Source of the DNA: Chthonomonadaceae bacterium
GTDB taxonomy: Bacteria > Armatimonadota > Chthonomonadetes > Chthonomonadales > Chthonomonadaceae
Length of the DNA stretch: 34,522 nt
Direction of reading: 5' to 3'
Assembly: GCA_035650735.1 (NCBI GenBank)
Contig: DASRGZ010000093.1
Span: 1 to 34,522, forward strand
How positions within the stretch are numbered: the first letter of the stretch is position 1; each line of letters starts with the position of its first letter. Below are positions 26,515 to 34,522 of this stretch, piece after piece. The position numbers were made by a program, and so were the translations under genes. The notes below the pieces were generated by a model. The model was not told where the DNA came from and ran no database searches. It worked only from the letters and a program-made list of their open reading frames with translations.

Positions 26515-27903
26515 TCAGGAAGGAGGTTCTATCCGCCATACGTCTACGGACTGTAGGCGCGCGCTGCCGCCCCGCGCGAAGAGATCGAGGCCGAGGCTGT
26601 CGGCGCGGGAGGGATAGATGCGGGTGGTCAGGCAGGCCCGTCCGTTGGCGTAGACTTCGACGATGGAGCGGTCGAGGAACACATGCAGCCGCAGGTTCTC
26701 TCCTGCGGCCAGCGCAAACGCGCCGCCCTGCGGGTCGCGGTTGACCTCCGGCGCCAGGCTGGAGCGTTCCCGGTCTACGCTCAGACGCTGCGCGGCGCGG
26801 TCGTAGAGGATCACGGTTTCCTCGTTCCCATCGGGCGCACAGCGCACTTTCAGCCCGAACGCTTCGGCATCTCCCGGCGCGATCTCGGCCAGGATTTCCA
26901 GAGAGTCGCCCTGCGCGGCAGAGAGGTCGCTATAGTGCGCGCCACGCAGCGCCTGCAACTCCGGCGCAGGAGTAAAGCGTAGTGTCTTGTTCTCCGCCAG
27001 CGTCAACACGCGCGGCAGGGAAAGTACGCCCGCCCATCCGGCGGCGCGCTGCGCGGCCTCGCTGCGCCCCTCCCAACTCCAGCCCCACAACAGGCGGCGA
27101 CCGCTGCCGTCGGCCATACTTTTAGCGGCGTAGAAGTGCTGACCGAGGTCGGCGCGGTCCTGTGTCTCCGGGATAAACTTGCGGTTGGCGTAGGTTCCGA
27201 CGAAGGTGAAGACGGCGCTCGTGCCGATGGGCGACACCAGCAGGACGTACTTATCACCGAGCGGGAAGAAATCCGGGCACTCCCACATTGGCCCGGTCTG
27301 GTCTTTGTCGCCGATGCAGAGCGGATGCTGATACTCCCAATGGAGCAGATCGGGCGAGGTGTAGAGCAAGGCCGCGCCGCCGACGCCCTGGATGCCGGAG
27401 CCGATGAGCATGAGCCAGGCAGCGCCCTCTCGCCACACGCACGGGTCGCGGAAGCCCGTGACCGCCAATCCGGGCGGCGGTCCGGCAAGGACCGGGTTTC
27501 CGGCGTGCTTCTGCCAGGTCCGCATATCGTCCGCGCTGGTCGCCACGCACTGCACTTCCGGCTGCACGCCCGTATAAATCAGGGTCGGAACGCCGTCGTT
27601 GTCCACCGCGCACCCGCTGAAACAGCCGTCCTTATCCGGCCCGCCTGGCGTGGGCGCAAGCGCAATCGGCTGGTGCGTCCAGCGCAGCAGGTCCGCGCTG
27701 ACGGCGTGGCCCCAGTGCATCGTGCCCCAGGATGCCGCGTGCGGGTTGTGCTGATAGAAGACGTGGTACTTCTCCTTCCAGTAGATCAGCCCGTTTGGGT
27801 CGTTCATCCAGTTGGCCGGCGGCAGGAAGTGGTACTGGGGCCGGTGCGGATCGTTAGCAAATGGTCCCTGGGATGTCTGCCCGGTGCCTATTGGGGTTTG
27901 CAT
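26515..27903 (-). CDS. Glycoside hydrolase family 32 (beta-fructofuranosidase-like)
   Basis: WMNDPNG, FSG, RDP and WECPD catalytic motifs; C-terminal SIVEVY. Confidence 0.95.
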   Translation of the reverse strand: MQTPIGTGQTSQGPFANDPHRPQYHFLPPANWMNDPNGLIYWKEKYHVFYQHNPHAASWGTMHWGHAVSADLLRWTHQPIALAPTPGGPDKDGCFSGCAVDNDGVPTLIYTGVQPEVQCVATSADDMRTWQKHAGNPVLAGPPPGLAVTGFRDPCVWREGAAWLMLIGSGIQGVGGAALLYTSPDLLHWEYQHPLCIGDKDQTGPMWECPDFFPLGDKYVLLVSPIGTSAVFTFVGTYANRKFIPETQDRADLGQHFYAAKSMADGSGRRLLWGWSWEGRSEAAQRAAGWAGVLSLPRVLTLAENKTLRFTPAPELQALRGAHYSDLSAAQGDSLEILAEIAPGDAEAFGLKVRCAPDGNEETVILYDRAAQRLSVDRERSSLAPEVNRDPQGGAFALAAGENLRLHVFLDRSIVEVYANGRACLTTRIYPSRADSLGLDLFARGGSARLQSVDVWRIEPPS

Positions 27904-27946
27904 AATCTTATTCCCTCTTGTAAATCTCTATCCGCTCATAGCCAGC

Positions 27947-28468
27947 CTACTCTCTCGCACTCCCTCGCCGTGCTTCAACATCCCGCAGCAACGCGATCAC
28001 TGGCCCATAGTGAACGTGCCTTCCCAGTTCCGAGGCCGCATCCCGGATTGTAACCTGCAAGGCTGTCCTGCCGCGCCGGTTCGTCACCGATGGGTCTATC
28101 CCGTGTGCCAACAGCAATCGTGCCGCCTCTGTCCTGCCCATCTCGGCGGCGTAGAACAGGGCCGTACGTCTGTGGGCATCCCTAGCGCGGATGTCCGCTC
28201 CAGCCTCTAGCAGTAAGCGCAGCAACCCCGTCGCTTCCAGCGAGGCTGTCAGCATCAGCGGTGTAACCCCCTGCCGATTCTTAACGTTGACCTTCGCGCC
28301 GTGCCCAATCAGCAAAGCGGCAATATCGTAGCGCCCCTCACAGGCTGCTGTCAAGAGAGCCGTCGCGCCGTCGTCTGTTTTGGCGTTGACATCCGCGTCC
28401 GCTTCCAACAATTCCGCGACTTTGGCTGTGTTGCCATCCTCAATGGCTTTCTGCAACTCCCTATCCAC
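27947..28468 (-). CDS. Ankyrin-repeat protein
   Basis: Repeated G.TAL/TPL..A..G...LL..GADVN units. Confidence 0.88.
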   Translation of the reverse strand: MDRELQKAIEDGNTAKVAELLEADADVNAKTDDGATALLTAACEGRYDIAALLIGHGAKVNVKNRQGVTPLMLTASLEATGLLRLLLEAGADIRARDAHRRTALFYAAEMGRTEAARLLLAHGIDPSVTNRRGRTALQVTIRDAASELGRHVHYGPVIALLRDVEARRGSARE

Positions 28469-28591
28469 GAATACGCCATCCTTTGGACACGCACGACGCC
28501 CCTAATGTGGCCCAGAGAAGAGTTATACGACCGAGGCAGCGACCAAGTCAGGCCGCGCGAGGGCTGGTGTAATCCTTGAGATATACGGCTG

Positions 28592-28620
28592 ATTATAGAG
28601 GACGAGCAGGTTAATGTCAA
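28592..28620 (-). promoter_or_regulatory. Perfect consensus sigma70 promoter
   Basis: TTGACA (28620-28615)-17-TATAAT (28597-28592). Confidence 0.8.
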
Positions 28621-28654
28621 GACGAACAGACGCGGCTTGACAGAGCCGGCTGTA

Positions 28655-29815
28655 TTACTCGTCGAAGGAGAGGGAGGTCTGTGCGTTTCCGGCGCGTTCC
28701 TGGGCGGCGTGGTTGAGGAGCGCGGCGCGGAGGAGGGCCTGCGGAGAGGAGAAGGCGTAGTCGTTCAGGACGTCCAGGGATTCCCAGCGGACGGCGGCGC
28801 ACTCGCGCGGCGTCGGGACGGCATCCGGGGCTTTCAGGCAGGCGGCAAAGCCATAGAGCGTGATGCGATGGTGAGTGACGCCATGCTTGACCTTGCCGAT
28901 GCGCGCCCCGATCTCGACCTCCACGCCGGCCACCTTCCGCGCCGCCCGCGCTGCGCCCTCCTGCGGGCTCTCGCCGGAGGCGCAGACCACGCGCGGAAAC
29001 TCCCACAGGCCGCCCCACAGCCCATGCAAGGGACGCTGTACGATGAGAACGCGGCCCGGCTCATCCCGGATCAGGGCAGCGCTATGCGTGACGGTGACGG
29101 TGGCACGGCCCGGCGGGAGCTCCGGCAGCGCGCTCGGATCGGGGCTGTTGCCGGCCACGCAATGCGGCAGCAAAGGGCAGCGCTCACACTTCGGGTCGGC
29201 GGGCTCGCAGATCAGCGCGCCCAGCTCCATCAACGCCTGATTGAAGTCGCCCGGCGCTTCCGATGGCACCAACTGCTCGGCCAGCGACCACAAGGCCGCC
29301 TGGTTCGCCGCCGATTTCGGGTCCCCGCGCAGCCCGAATACCCGGCTCAGCACACGAATGACGTTGGCATCCACCAGCGGACGGGGCAGGTTGTAGGCCA
29401 TTGAGAGGATCGCGCCCGCTGTGTACCGACCGATGCCCGGCAGCGACTCGATCTCTTCCGGCGTATCCGGGACGCGCCCGCCGAACTTTTCCACCACCAT
29501 CTGCGCGGCGCGGTGCAGGTTGCGGGCGCGGGCGTAGTAGCCCAGCCCGGCCCAGTACTTCAATACCTCCTCTATCGGCGCGGCGGCCAGTGCCTCCACC
29601 GTCGGAAACCGCTCCATAAAGCGCAGGAAGTAGGGAATGGCCGTCGCCACCTGGGTCTGCTGCAACATGATCTCGGAAACCCAGACGGCGTAGGGCGAGC
29701 CGCCTCGCCACGGCAGGTCGCGCTTGTGGGCGCGATACCAGGCCAGCAGGCGGGCAGCGATATCCTCCTTCGTATCAGCGGACAGGGCAACAGGCGCAGA
29801 CGTTTGTGCATCCAT
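28655..29815 (-). CDS. mutY: A/G-specific adenine glycosylase
   Basis: VSEIMLQQTQV, WAGLGYYARARNL, HhH LPGIGRYTAGAI, Fe-S C-x6-C-x2-C-x5-C, NUDIX-like GGLWEFP. Extended -10 TGCTATAAT lies 9 nt before the ATG. Confidence 0.96.
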   Translation of the reverse strand: MDAQTSAPVALSADTKEDIAARLLAWYRAHKRDLPWRGGSPYAVWVSEIMLQQTQVATAIPYFLRFMERFPTVEALAAAPIEEVLKYWAGLGYYARARNLHRAAQMVVEKFGGRVPDTPEEIESLPGIGRYTAGAILSMAYNLPRPLVDANVIRVLSRVFGLRGDPKSAANQAALWSLAEQLVPSEAPGDFNQALMELGALICEPADPKCERCPLLPHCVAGNSPDPSALPELPPGRATVTVTHSAALIRDEPGRVLIVQRPLHGLWGGLWEFPRVVCASGESPQEGAARAARKVAGVEVEIGARIGKVKHGVTHHRITLYGFAACLKAPDAVPTPRECAAVRWESLDVLNDYAFSSPQALLRAALLNHAAQERAGNAQTSLSFDE

Positions 29816-29865
29816 CTCGCAAGCATTATAGCATACTTTCGCCGCGAGAAAATGCCCGTTCCGGC

Positions 29866-29894
29866 TTGCGCCAAAAGGCCGCGCGTGTTACAAT
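29866..29894 (+). promoter_or_regulatory. sigma70-type promoter
   Basis: TTGCGC-17-TACAAT with a TG extension; divergent from mutY. Confidence 0.55.
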
Positions 29895-30086
29895 GGGGCA
29901 TCCTACTTGCCGGAAGGCATTGCAAATGCGTACCGAGATGGGTCCCTCCCTTCCCTTGTAGGGTCGCAAGGTGTCGCGAGGCGGAGGGCCAATTATTGCA
30001 GGCCCGACCCTGGCAGTGGCGCGAACCGTTGAGCGCCGACCCTAGCAGTGGGGGCCGGGGGGTTAGGTCAAAGGAGGCAGGAGAGA

Positions 30087-31136
30087 ATGCGGGAGAGAAG
30101 CGAGAGCAAGGGAAGTGTTATCGGCGACATGACGCGCCGTGAGTTTTTGACGCGCACCGGAGCTGCCATCGCGGGCCTGGCCGTCGCGGGAATGGCCTCG
30201 GCGTCGGAGGAGAAGAAGGCCGCTCCCGTCCGCATCGGCAGCGGCTACTATACGTATGAACTCGTGGAGGGCTGGGGGCAGTTGCCGCCCGGAATGCACT
30301 ATGGCTGGGGCTGCGGGGTCGTCGTGGACGCCAGAGACCGCGTTTACGTCCACACGCGCAGCCAGCAGGCGGTCGTCGTCTTCGACCGGCACGGCAAGAT
30401 TCTGACCGATTGGGGCGCGGAGTTCGCCCAGAATGGCCACGGCCTCTACTGGTCGAAGGAAGGGCCGGACGAATTCCTCTACTTTACCACCAATGCCCCC
30501 GGCAACACGGTCGTCAAGACGGACCTGAGCGGCAGGAAGCTGCTGACCATCGGCAACGTACCCGAAGAGTCCTCGACCTCCATCAAGTTCCCCTTCGACA
30601 ACCCGACCGACGTAGCTATCGCTCCCAACGGCGATATTTACGTCTGCGAGGGCTATGGCAGCCAGCTTATCCATCGCTTTACCGCCGACGGCAGCCACCG
30701 CCAGACTATCGGCGGGCCGGGCACCGCGCCCGATAAGTTCAACATCTGCCACGGCATCTGGGTGGATACGCGCAACAATGCGGAAGAGCCGGAAATCTAC
30801 ATCGCCGACCGCTCCAATGGACGCCTGCAAGTCTTCTCGTCGGACTTGAAGTTCAGGCGCTCGCTCAAGGGCGAGGTACGCAACCCCTGCTGCTTCTACA
30901 CCCACAAGGGAAAGATGTATATCCCCGACCTCGACCACCGGGTCACCATCCTGGATCAGCACGATCAGGTGCTGGCGCAGTTGGGCGACGGGCGCGGCAA
31001 GGATAACGCGGACGATCCCGGCGTGTTCCGGGCGCCCCACGCCCTGACCGTCGACTCCCACGGCGATATGTACGTCGTCGAGTGGCTGGATTGGGCACGG
31101 CTACGCAAATTCAAGCACACGCCCCAGCCGTCCTGA
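30087..31136 (+). CDS. Tat-exported NHL-repeat beta-propeller protein
   Basis: TRREFL twin-arginine signal; NHL repeats PTDVAIAPNGDIYVCEGYG, IADRSNGRLQVF, PHALTVDSHGDMYV; AGGAG RBS. Confidence 0.85.
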   Translation: MRERSESKGSVIGDMTRREFLTRTGAAIAGLAVAGMASASEEKKAAPVRIGSGYYTYELVEGWGQLPPGMHYGWGCGVVVDARDRVYVHTRSQQAVVVFDRHGKILTDWGAEFAQNGHGLYWSKEGPDEFLYFTTNAPGNTVVKTDLSGRKLLTIGNVPEESSTSIKFPFDNPTDVAIAPNGDIYVCEGYGSQLIHRFTADGSHRQTIGGPGTAPDKFNICHGIWVDTRNNAEEPEIYIADRSNGRLQVFSSDLKFRRSLKGEVRNPCCFYTHKGKMYIPDLDHRVTILDQHDQVLAQLGDGRGKDNADDPGVFRAPHALTVDSHGDMYVVEWLDWARLRKFKHTPQPS

Positions 31137-31148
31137 ACACCCGCGCAG

Positions 31149-31192
31149 AGTAATTTCGTAGGTTCCTGGTTTCGGAAACCTACGAAGTTACT
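31149..31192. terminator. Hairpin between convergent genes
   Basis: AGTAATTTCGTAGGTT / AACCTACGAAGTTACT near-perfect 16-bp stem. Confidence 0.55.
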
Positions 31193-31218
31193 GCGAGGAT
31201 GGGCTTAGAGTCCGGCCT

Positions 31219-32481
31219 TTATTGGCCGGGCTGTACCCGTAATTTGCCGGTCATGGTCGGGTGCAGGGAGCAGAAGTACTCATACGTGCCCGGATGCTGA
31301 AATGTGTAGGTGAACTGCTGGTCGGTATCCAGCACCGGCGACGAGAAGCGTTTTTTCGTATCCACGACCGTATGCGGCACATCATCTTGATTGATCCAGG
31401 TGACGCGCACTCCGACCGGAACCGTTAGCGCCATCGGCGTAAAACGGAAGTTATCTATGCGGATCTGCGTGTTACCGGTAGAATGAGCGGAACTCGCCCC
31501 TAGCGCGGCTAACGAGGAATCGGTGACGGCCAGCGTATGCTGCCCTTCCCTATAGTTCACCTCGGTAATGCCCAACACGCTGCGCAAGCGGGCGGGTTCC
31601 ACTTTCATTGGCCCCGGCGACGGCGCCGTGCCGGGCGCAGGCTGCGGGAAGGCCGTAGACATGGCCGTGTGGAAGGTGACGTTCCCCTCCACCTTCTGCA
31701 TCACCTGGTGAATATGCCCGTTCAGCACCGTCACCGAGCCAAATCGCTTCAGAGAGGCTAACGCCCGCGCGCTGTCTTCTGTTCCCCATCCCCACTGCGG
31801 ATACACCGTCCAGAGCGGAATGTGGGCAAAGACGACCACGGGCGTGCTGCTGGGCAGGTGCCGGACATCGTTTTCCAGCCAAGCCAACTGCTCCGACCCC
31901 AGAGCGCCCATGCCGCCCGCTTTGAGATTGAGCACATTGATAAGGCCGATGAAATGCGCGCCTTTGTGATCGAAACTGTACCAGCCGCTGCCTTTCGTGC
32001 CCCGTCCATATCGCTCTAGATACTGCTTGCCGTTGTCCGTCAGCACGTCATGTTCGCCCGGCACATAGAAGACCCGACCCCGGTGGTTCTGCCTCAGCAT
32101 TTGATCCACCGTATCGAACTCTTCCGGCTTCGAGAGATGGCTGATGTCGCCAGTGTGAATGATAAATTCGGGGGACATCTCCAGCCCTTGAATCTTGTCC
32201 AGGGTCGCTTTGAACGTGCCAACCACATCGGGATTGGCTTCTTTCTGGAAACCGATATGGCTGTCGCTAATCTGAACAAAGTGGAGCTCGCTTTGCGCGA
32301 TGCTGCTCGGACCATGGCGCATAAGGTCGCCGAGTCCGTAAGACTTCAAGACGCCGCCGGTCATAGTCCAGAGTACGCCGGTTCCGGCCCAGGCCATACA
32401 TTTGAGAAATCCGCGCCGATCTATGCCATCGTCCTCCGGCTGGCACTGTGCAACTTCCTCGTAGCGTGTGTTGTCGGTCAT
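31219..32481 (-). CDS. Tat-exported metallophosphoesterase fused to a C-terminal cupredoxin domain
   Basis: DRRGFL; DSH, GD, GEHD, H and GHIH motifs; C-terminal PHTV..YFCSLHPTM type-1 copper site. Confidence 0.9.
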   Translation of the reverse strand: MTDNTRYEEVAQCQPEDDGIDRRGFLKCMAWAGTGVLWTMTGGVLKSYGLGDLMRHGPSSIAQSELHFVQISDSHIGFQKEANPDVVGTFKATLDKIQGLEMSPEFIIHTGDISHLSKPEEFDTVDQMLRQNHRGRVFYVPGEHDVLTDNGKQYLERYGRGTKGSGWYSFDHKGAHFIGLINVLNLKAGGMGALGSEQLAWLENDVRHLPSSTPVVVFAHIPLWTVYPQWGWGTEDSARALASLKRFGSVTVLNGHIHQVMQKVEGNVTFHTAMSTAFPQPAPGTAPSPGPMKVEPARLRSVLGITEVNYREGQHTLAVTDSSLAALGASSAHSTGNTQIRIDNFRFTPMALTVPVGVRVTWINQDDVPHTVVDTKKRFSSPVLDTDQQFTYTFQHPGTYEYFCSLHPTMTGKLRVQPGQ

Positions 32482-32765
32482 GAGAGGGCTCCTTCTTTCT
32501 GCGTTTGAAAACGCTTTGCCCTCCTATACACCTCGTGTCTTTGCTTTTATGCAGCCATTGATTCAGGTGGCAGCCCTGTCACCCGGTGGGGTTCATGGTT
32601 GGCGATAGGCGTTCGAGAGGCAACTACGGGGAAGTGGGGTGCTTCCCTTCCGGTTGATTGAGCAGGAAAAGTCTCTGGCAAATGAGGGGCAAAATAAATT
32701 TTGGCGCGTCGGCTGTATATACAAGTACAGCTATCGCGAACGCTATGGACGCCGGGGAGAAGGGC

Positions 32766-33338
32766 ATGAGGTCATACCTGCCGGATCAACTTCTGGCTCG
32801 CCGCGCAGCGGCAGGGCATCTGGAGGACTTTGAAGAACTACTGCGCCGTTACCGGGACCGCGTCTACCGCATCTGCTACCGCATGGCGGGCAATGCTGAG
32901 GACGCCCAGGACTGGACTCAGGAGTGCTTTGTGCGCGTCTACCGCCAGTTACATCACTACGACTCCGGCCTGCCGTTCGCGCCCTGGTTGCTGCGGGTGG
33001 CGTCCAATACCTGTGTCAATCTCGCCAAATCGCGCGCTCACCATCAGAGCAAGTTGGGAATGAGCTACGAGGAAGACCACGAGATGCCCAGCTCTATCGG
33101 CGATCCGCTGCGCTCAGCGCTTTCCGGCGAGGAGGCACGCCAGGTGCAAGCGGCCGTCGCGGCCCTGCCACCCATGCTCAAGCAGGCGGTGGTCCTGCGC
33201 GTGGTGGAAGGGCTTTCCTTCCGTGAGCTTGCGGAAACGCTTGGGATTCCGCTGCAAACGGCAGCCTCGCGAGTACGGCGCGCGTTACTTCAGGTTCGCG
33301 AGCAGTTGGAACAGGTGGAGAGTGAGGTCGAGCAATGA
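32766..33338 (+). CDS. ECF RNA polymerase sigma factor
   Basis: DAQDWTQECF, FAPWLLRVASN, region 4 GLSFRELAETLGIPLQTAASRVRRA. Start uncertain. Confidence 0.92.
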   Translation: MRSYLPDQLLARRAAAGHLEDFEELLRRYRDRVYRICYRMAGNAEDAQDWTQECFVRVYRQLHHYDSGLPFAPWLLRVASNTCVNLAKSRAHHQSKLGMSYEEDHEMPSSIGDPLRSALSGEEARQVQAAVAALPPMLKQAVVLRVVEGLSFRELAETLGIPLQTAASRVRRALLQVREQLEQVESEVEQ

Positions 33339-34165
33339 AGTGTGCCTGGGCACAGGAGCAACTGCTCCTTTATCTGGCCGGAGAACTGGAGCCGCAGATA
33401 ACCACAAAACTGCTCCAGCATTTAGAGCAGTGTGGGCAGTGCGCGGCAATGGCGGAGCGCCTGGCGGAAATGCAGGCCAAAGTAGAGGCCAGCTTGCAGC
33501 CTTCCCTGCAAGCCTCAGCGTCCCTGGATGCGCGCATTATGGATGCCGTGCGCTCGCTTCCCGCGCGCAAACAGATCTGGCCGGAGCTTCCTGACCGAAC
33601 CTGGTTCCGGCGTGTGTCCGTCGTGCTGACGGCCGCGTGCCTGCTGGCAATCGGCTTTTTCCTGGGCCGCGCGAGCACGCCGGGGAACTCCGGCAGGGAG
33701 GGCCTTCTGCCGCTCTACCTGACGACGTTGCGGACGGCGCACCAGCAGAGCGCTGCCTCCGAGTACGGCCCGGACGCTCTGGCGCAGAAACTAGCGCCGC
33801 AGGTGCAATTCGCCGTTCCGGTCGTGGATCTCCAGCCCGAAGGCGCGCAACTGGCAGGCGGCAGCAAGACCAGTCTCCAGGGCGTGCCGGTCGCGCATCT
33901 CTCCTACATTTACAAAGGAGAGGACGGTAAGACGGCTCTGGTGTCCCTGTTTCAGATGGATGGCCGCCGCGTTTTCCTGCCCGCCTTGCATCCTGCGGAT
34001 GCCCGCTCGGAGCACTATGTCGTCGAGAAGAAAGACGGCGTGAATTACGTCGCCTGGTATTCCCAAAAGACACACACGAACAACATCATGATCGCGCAAG
34101 CGATGCCGATGCACGAGCTTTTTCACCTGGCATGTCACGCTTGCGAAAAACAGGACCGCCTCTAA
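33335..34165 (+). CDS. Zinc-finger (HxxxCxxC) membrane anti-sigma factor
   Basis: MKC..HLEQCGQC, one hydrophobic helix, ATGA overlap with the sigma gene. Confidence 0.88.
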   Translation: MKCAWAQEQLLLYLAGELEPQITTKLLQHLEQCGQCAAMAERLAEMQAKVEASLQPSLQASASLDARIMDAVRSLPARKQIWPELPDRTWFRRVSVVLTAACLLAIGFFLGRASTPGNSGREGLLPLYLTTLRTAHQQSAASEYGPDALAQKLAPQVQFAVPVVDLQPEGAQLAGGSKTSLQGVPVAHLSYIYKGEDGKTALVSLFQMDGRRVFLPALHPADARSEHYVVEKKDGVNYVAWYSQKTHTNNIMIAQAMPMHELFHLACHACEKQDRL

Positions 34166-34189
34166 CACAGCCTTTCTGCTAGTGAAGAC

Positions 34190-34225
34190 AGAGCCTGTCC
34201 GGGCGGCTTCCAGGCAGGCTCTTTT
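34190..34225 (+). terminator. Intrinsic terminator
   Basis: AGAGCCTG...CAGGCTCT stem followed by a T run, between convergent genes. Confidence 0.6.
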
Positions 34226-34239
34226 CCTCCTTTTCTCAC

Positions 34240-34521
34240 TTATCCCTGTCCAAGCCGCGCCCGCTCCTCCTGGAGCAGACGCTCGTGCTCCCGTTCGTAG
34301 GCCGCCGTCACCCGCTCTCGCCCCCCCGTAATATGGTAGTCCAGCCGCTCCACGCCCAGCGCGCGCAGCACGGCCTGTTCCACCAGCGAGTAATCGCTTG
34401 GATCAGGCCGGTTGAAATGCATCGGCTCCTTGAGGGCGACGGGCGGATTGGTCAGGAAGCGGGGCTTGCCCGATAGGTTCTGAGAGGAGGCGTGCAGGAT
34501 GTAGGGATGCAGCAGGACGAT
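34240..34521 (-). CDS. Partial (3' end) phytanoyl-CoA dioxygenase (PhyH)-like protein
   Basis: Manual translation IVLLHPYILHASSQNLSGKPRFLTNPPVALKEP... matches the distal His/Arg of the 2OG-Fe(II) fold. Confidence 0.65.
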   Translation of the reverse strand: MVLLHPYILHASSQNLSGKPRFLTNPPVALKEPMHFNRPDPSDYSLVEQAVLRALGVERLDYHITGGRERVTAAYEREHERLLQEERARLGQG

Positions 34522-34522
34522 G

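Noticed and set aside
25436..31061. Long antisense ORFs (25436-26377, 27136-28053, 28637-29404, 30063-31061)
   Set aside because: Shadow frames of well-supported GC-rich genes, with no recognisable motifs.

Overview
High-GC bacterial DNA in three parts. (1) 1-2488: a 5'-truncated rpoC fragment abuts a complete IS21-family element (istA/istB, 236-2488) with no target-site duplication. (2) 2502-23940: a CRISPR-Cas locus, all on the minus strand. It has an 80-repeat/79-spacer array and leader, and a type I-B operon (WYL regulator, cas6, cas8, cas7, cas5, cas3, cas4, cas1, cas2). A reduced type III-A module (HD-less cas10, csm2, csm3, csm4, no csm5) plus an APE2256/Crn1-family CARF protein is nested between cas4 and cas1. 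The locus ends in a frameshifted tyrosine integrase beside tRNA-Phe, suggesting an integrated island. (3) 24000-34522: ordinary chromosomal genes (two Gfo/Idh/MocA oxidoreductases, GH32, ankyrin protein, mutY, NHL-repeat protein, metallophosphoesterase-cupredoxin fusion, ECF sigma/anti-sigma, partial PhyH-like gene). Best leads: the minimal signalling-only Csm module inside a I-B operon; a Cas8 with a tandemly duplicated Cas11-like domain behind an internal RBS; and up to nine spacers that appear to rebuild variants of one invader gene. All family calls come from recognising motifs by eye; no searches were run.
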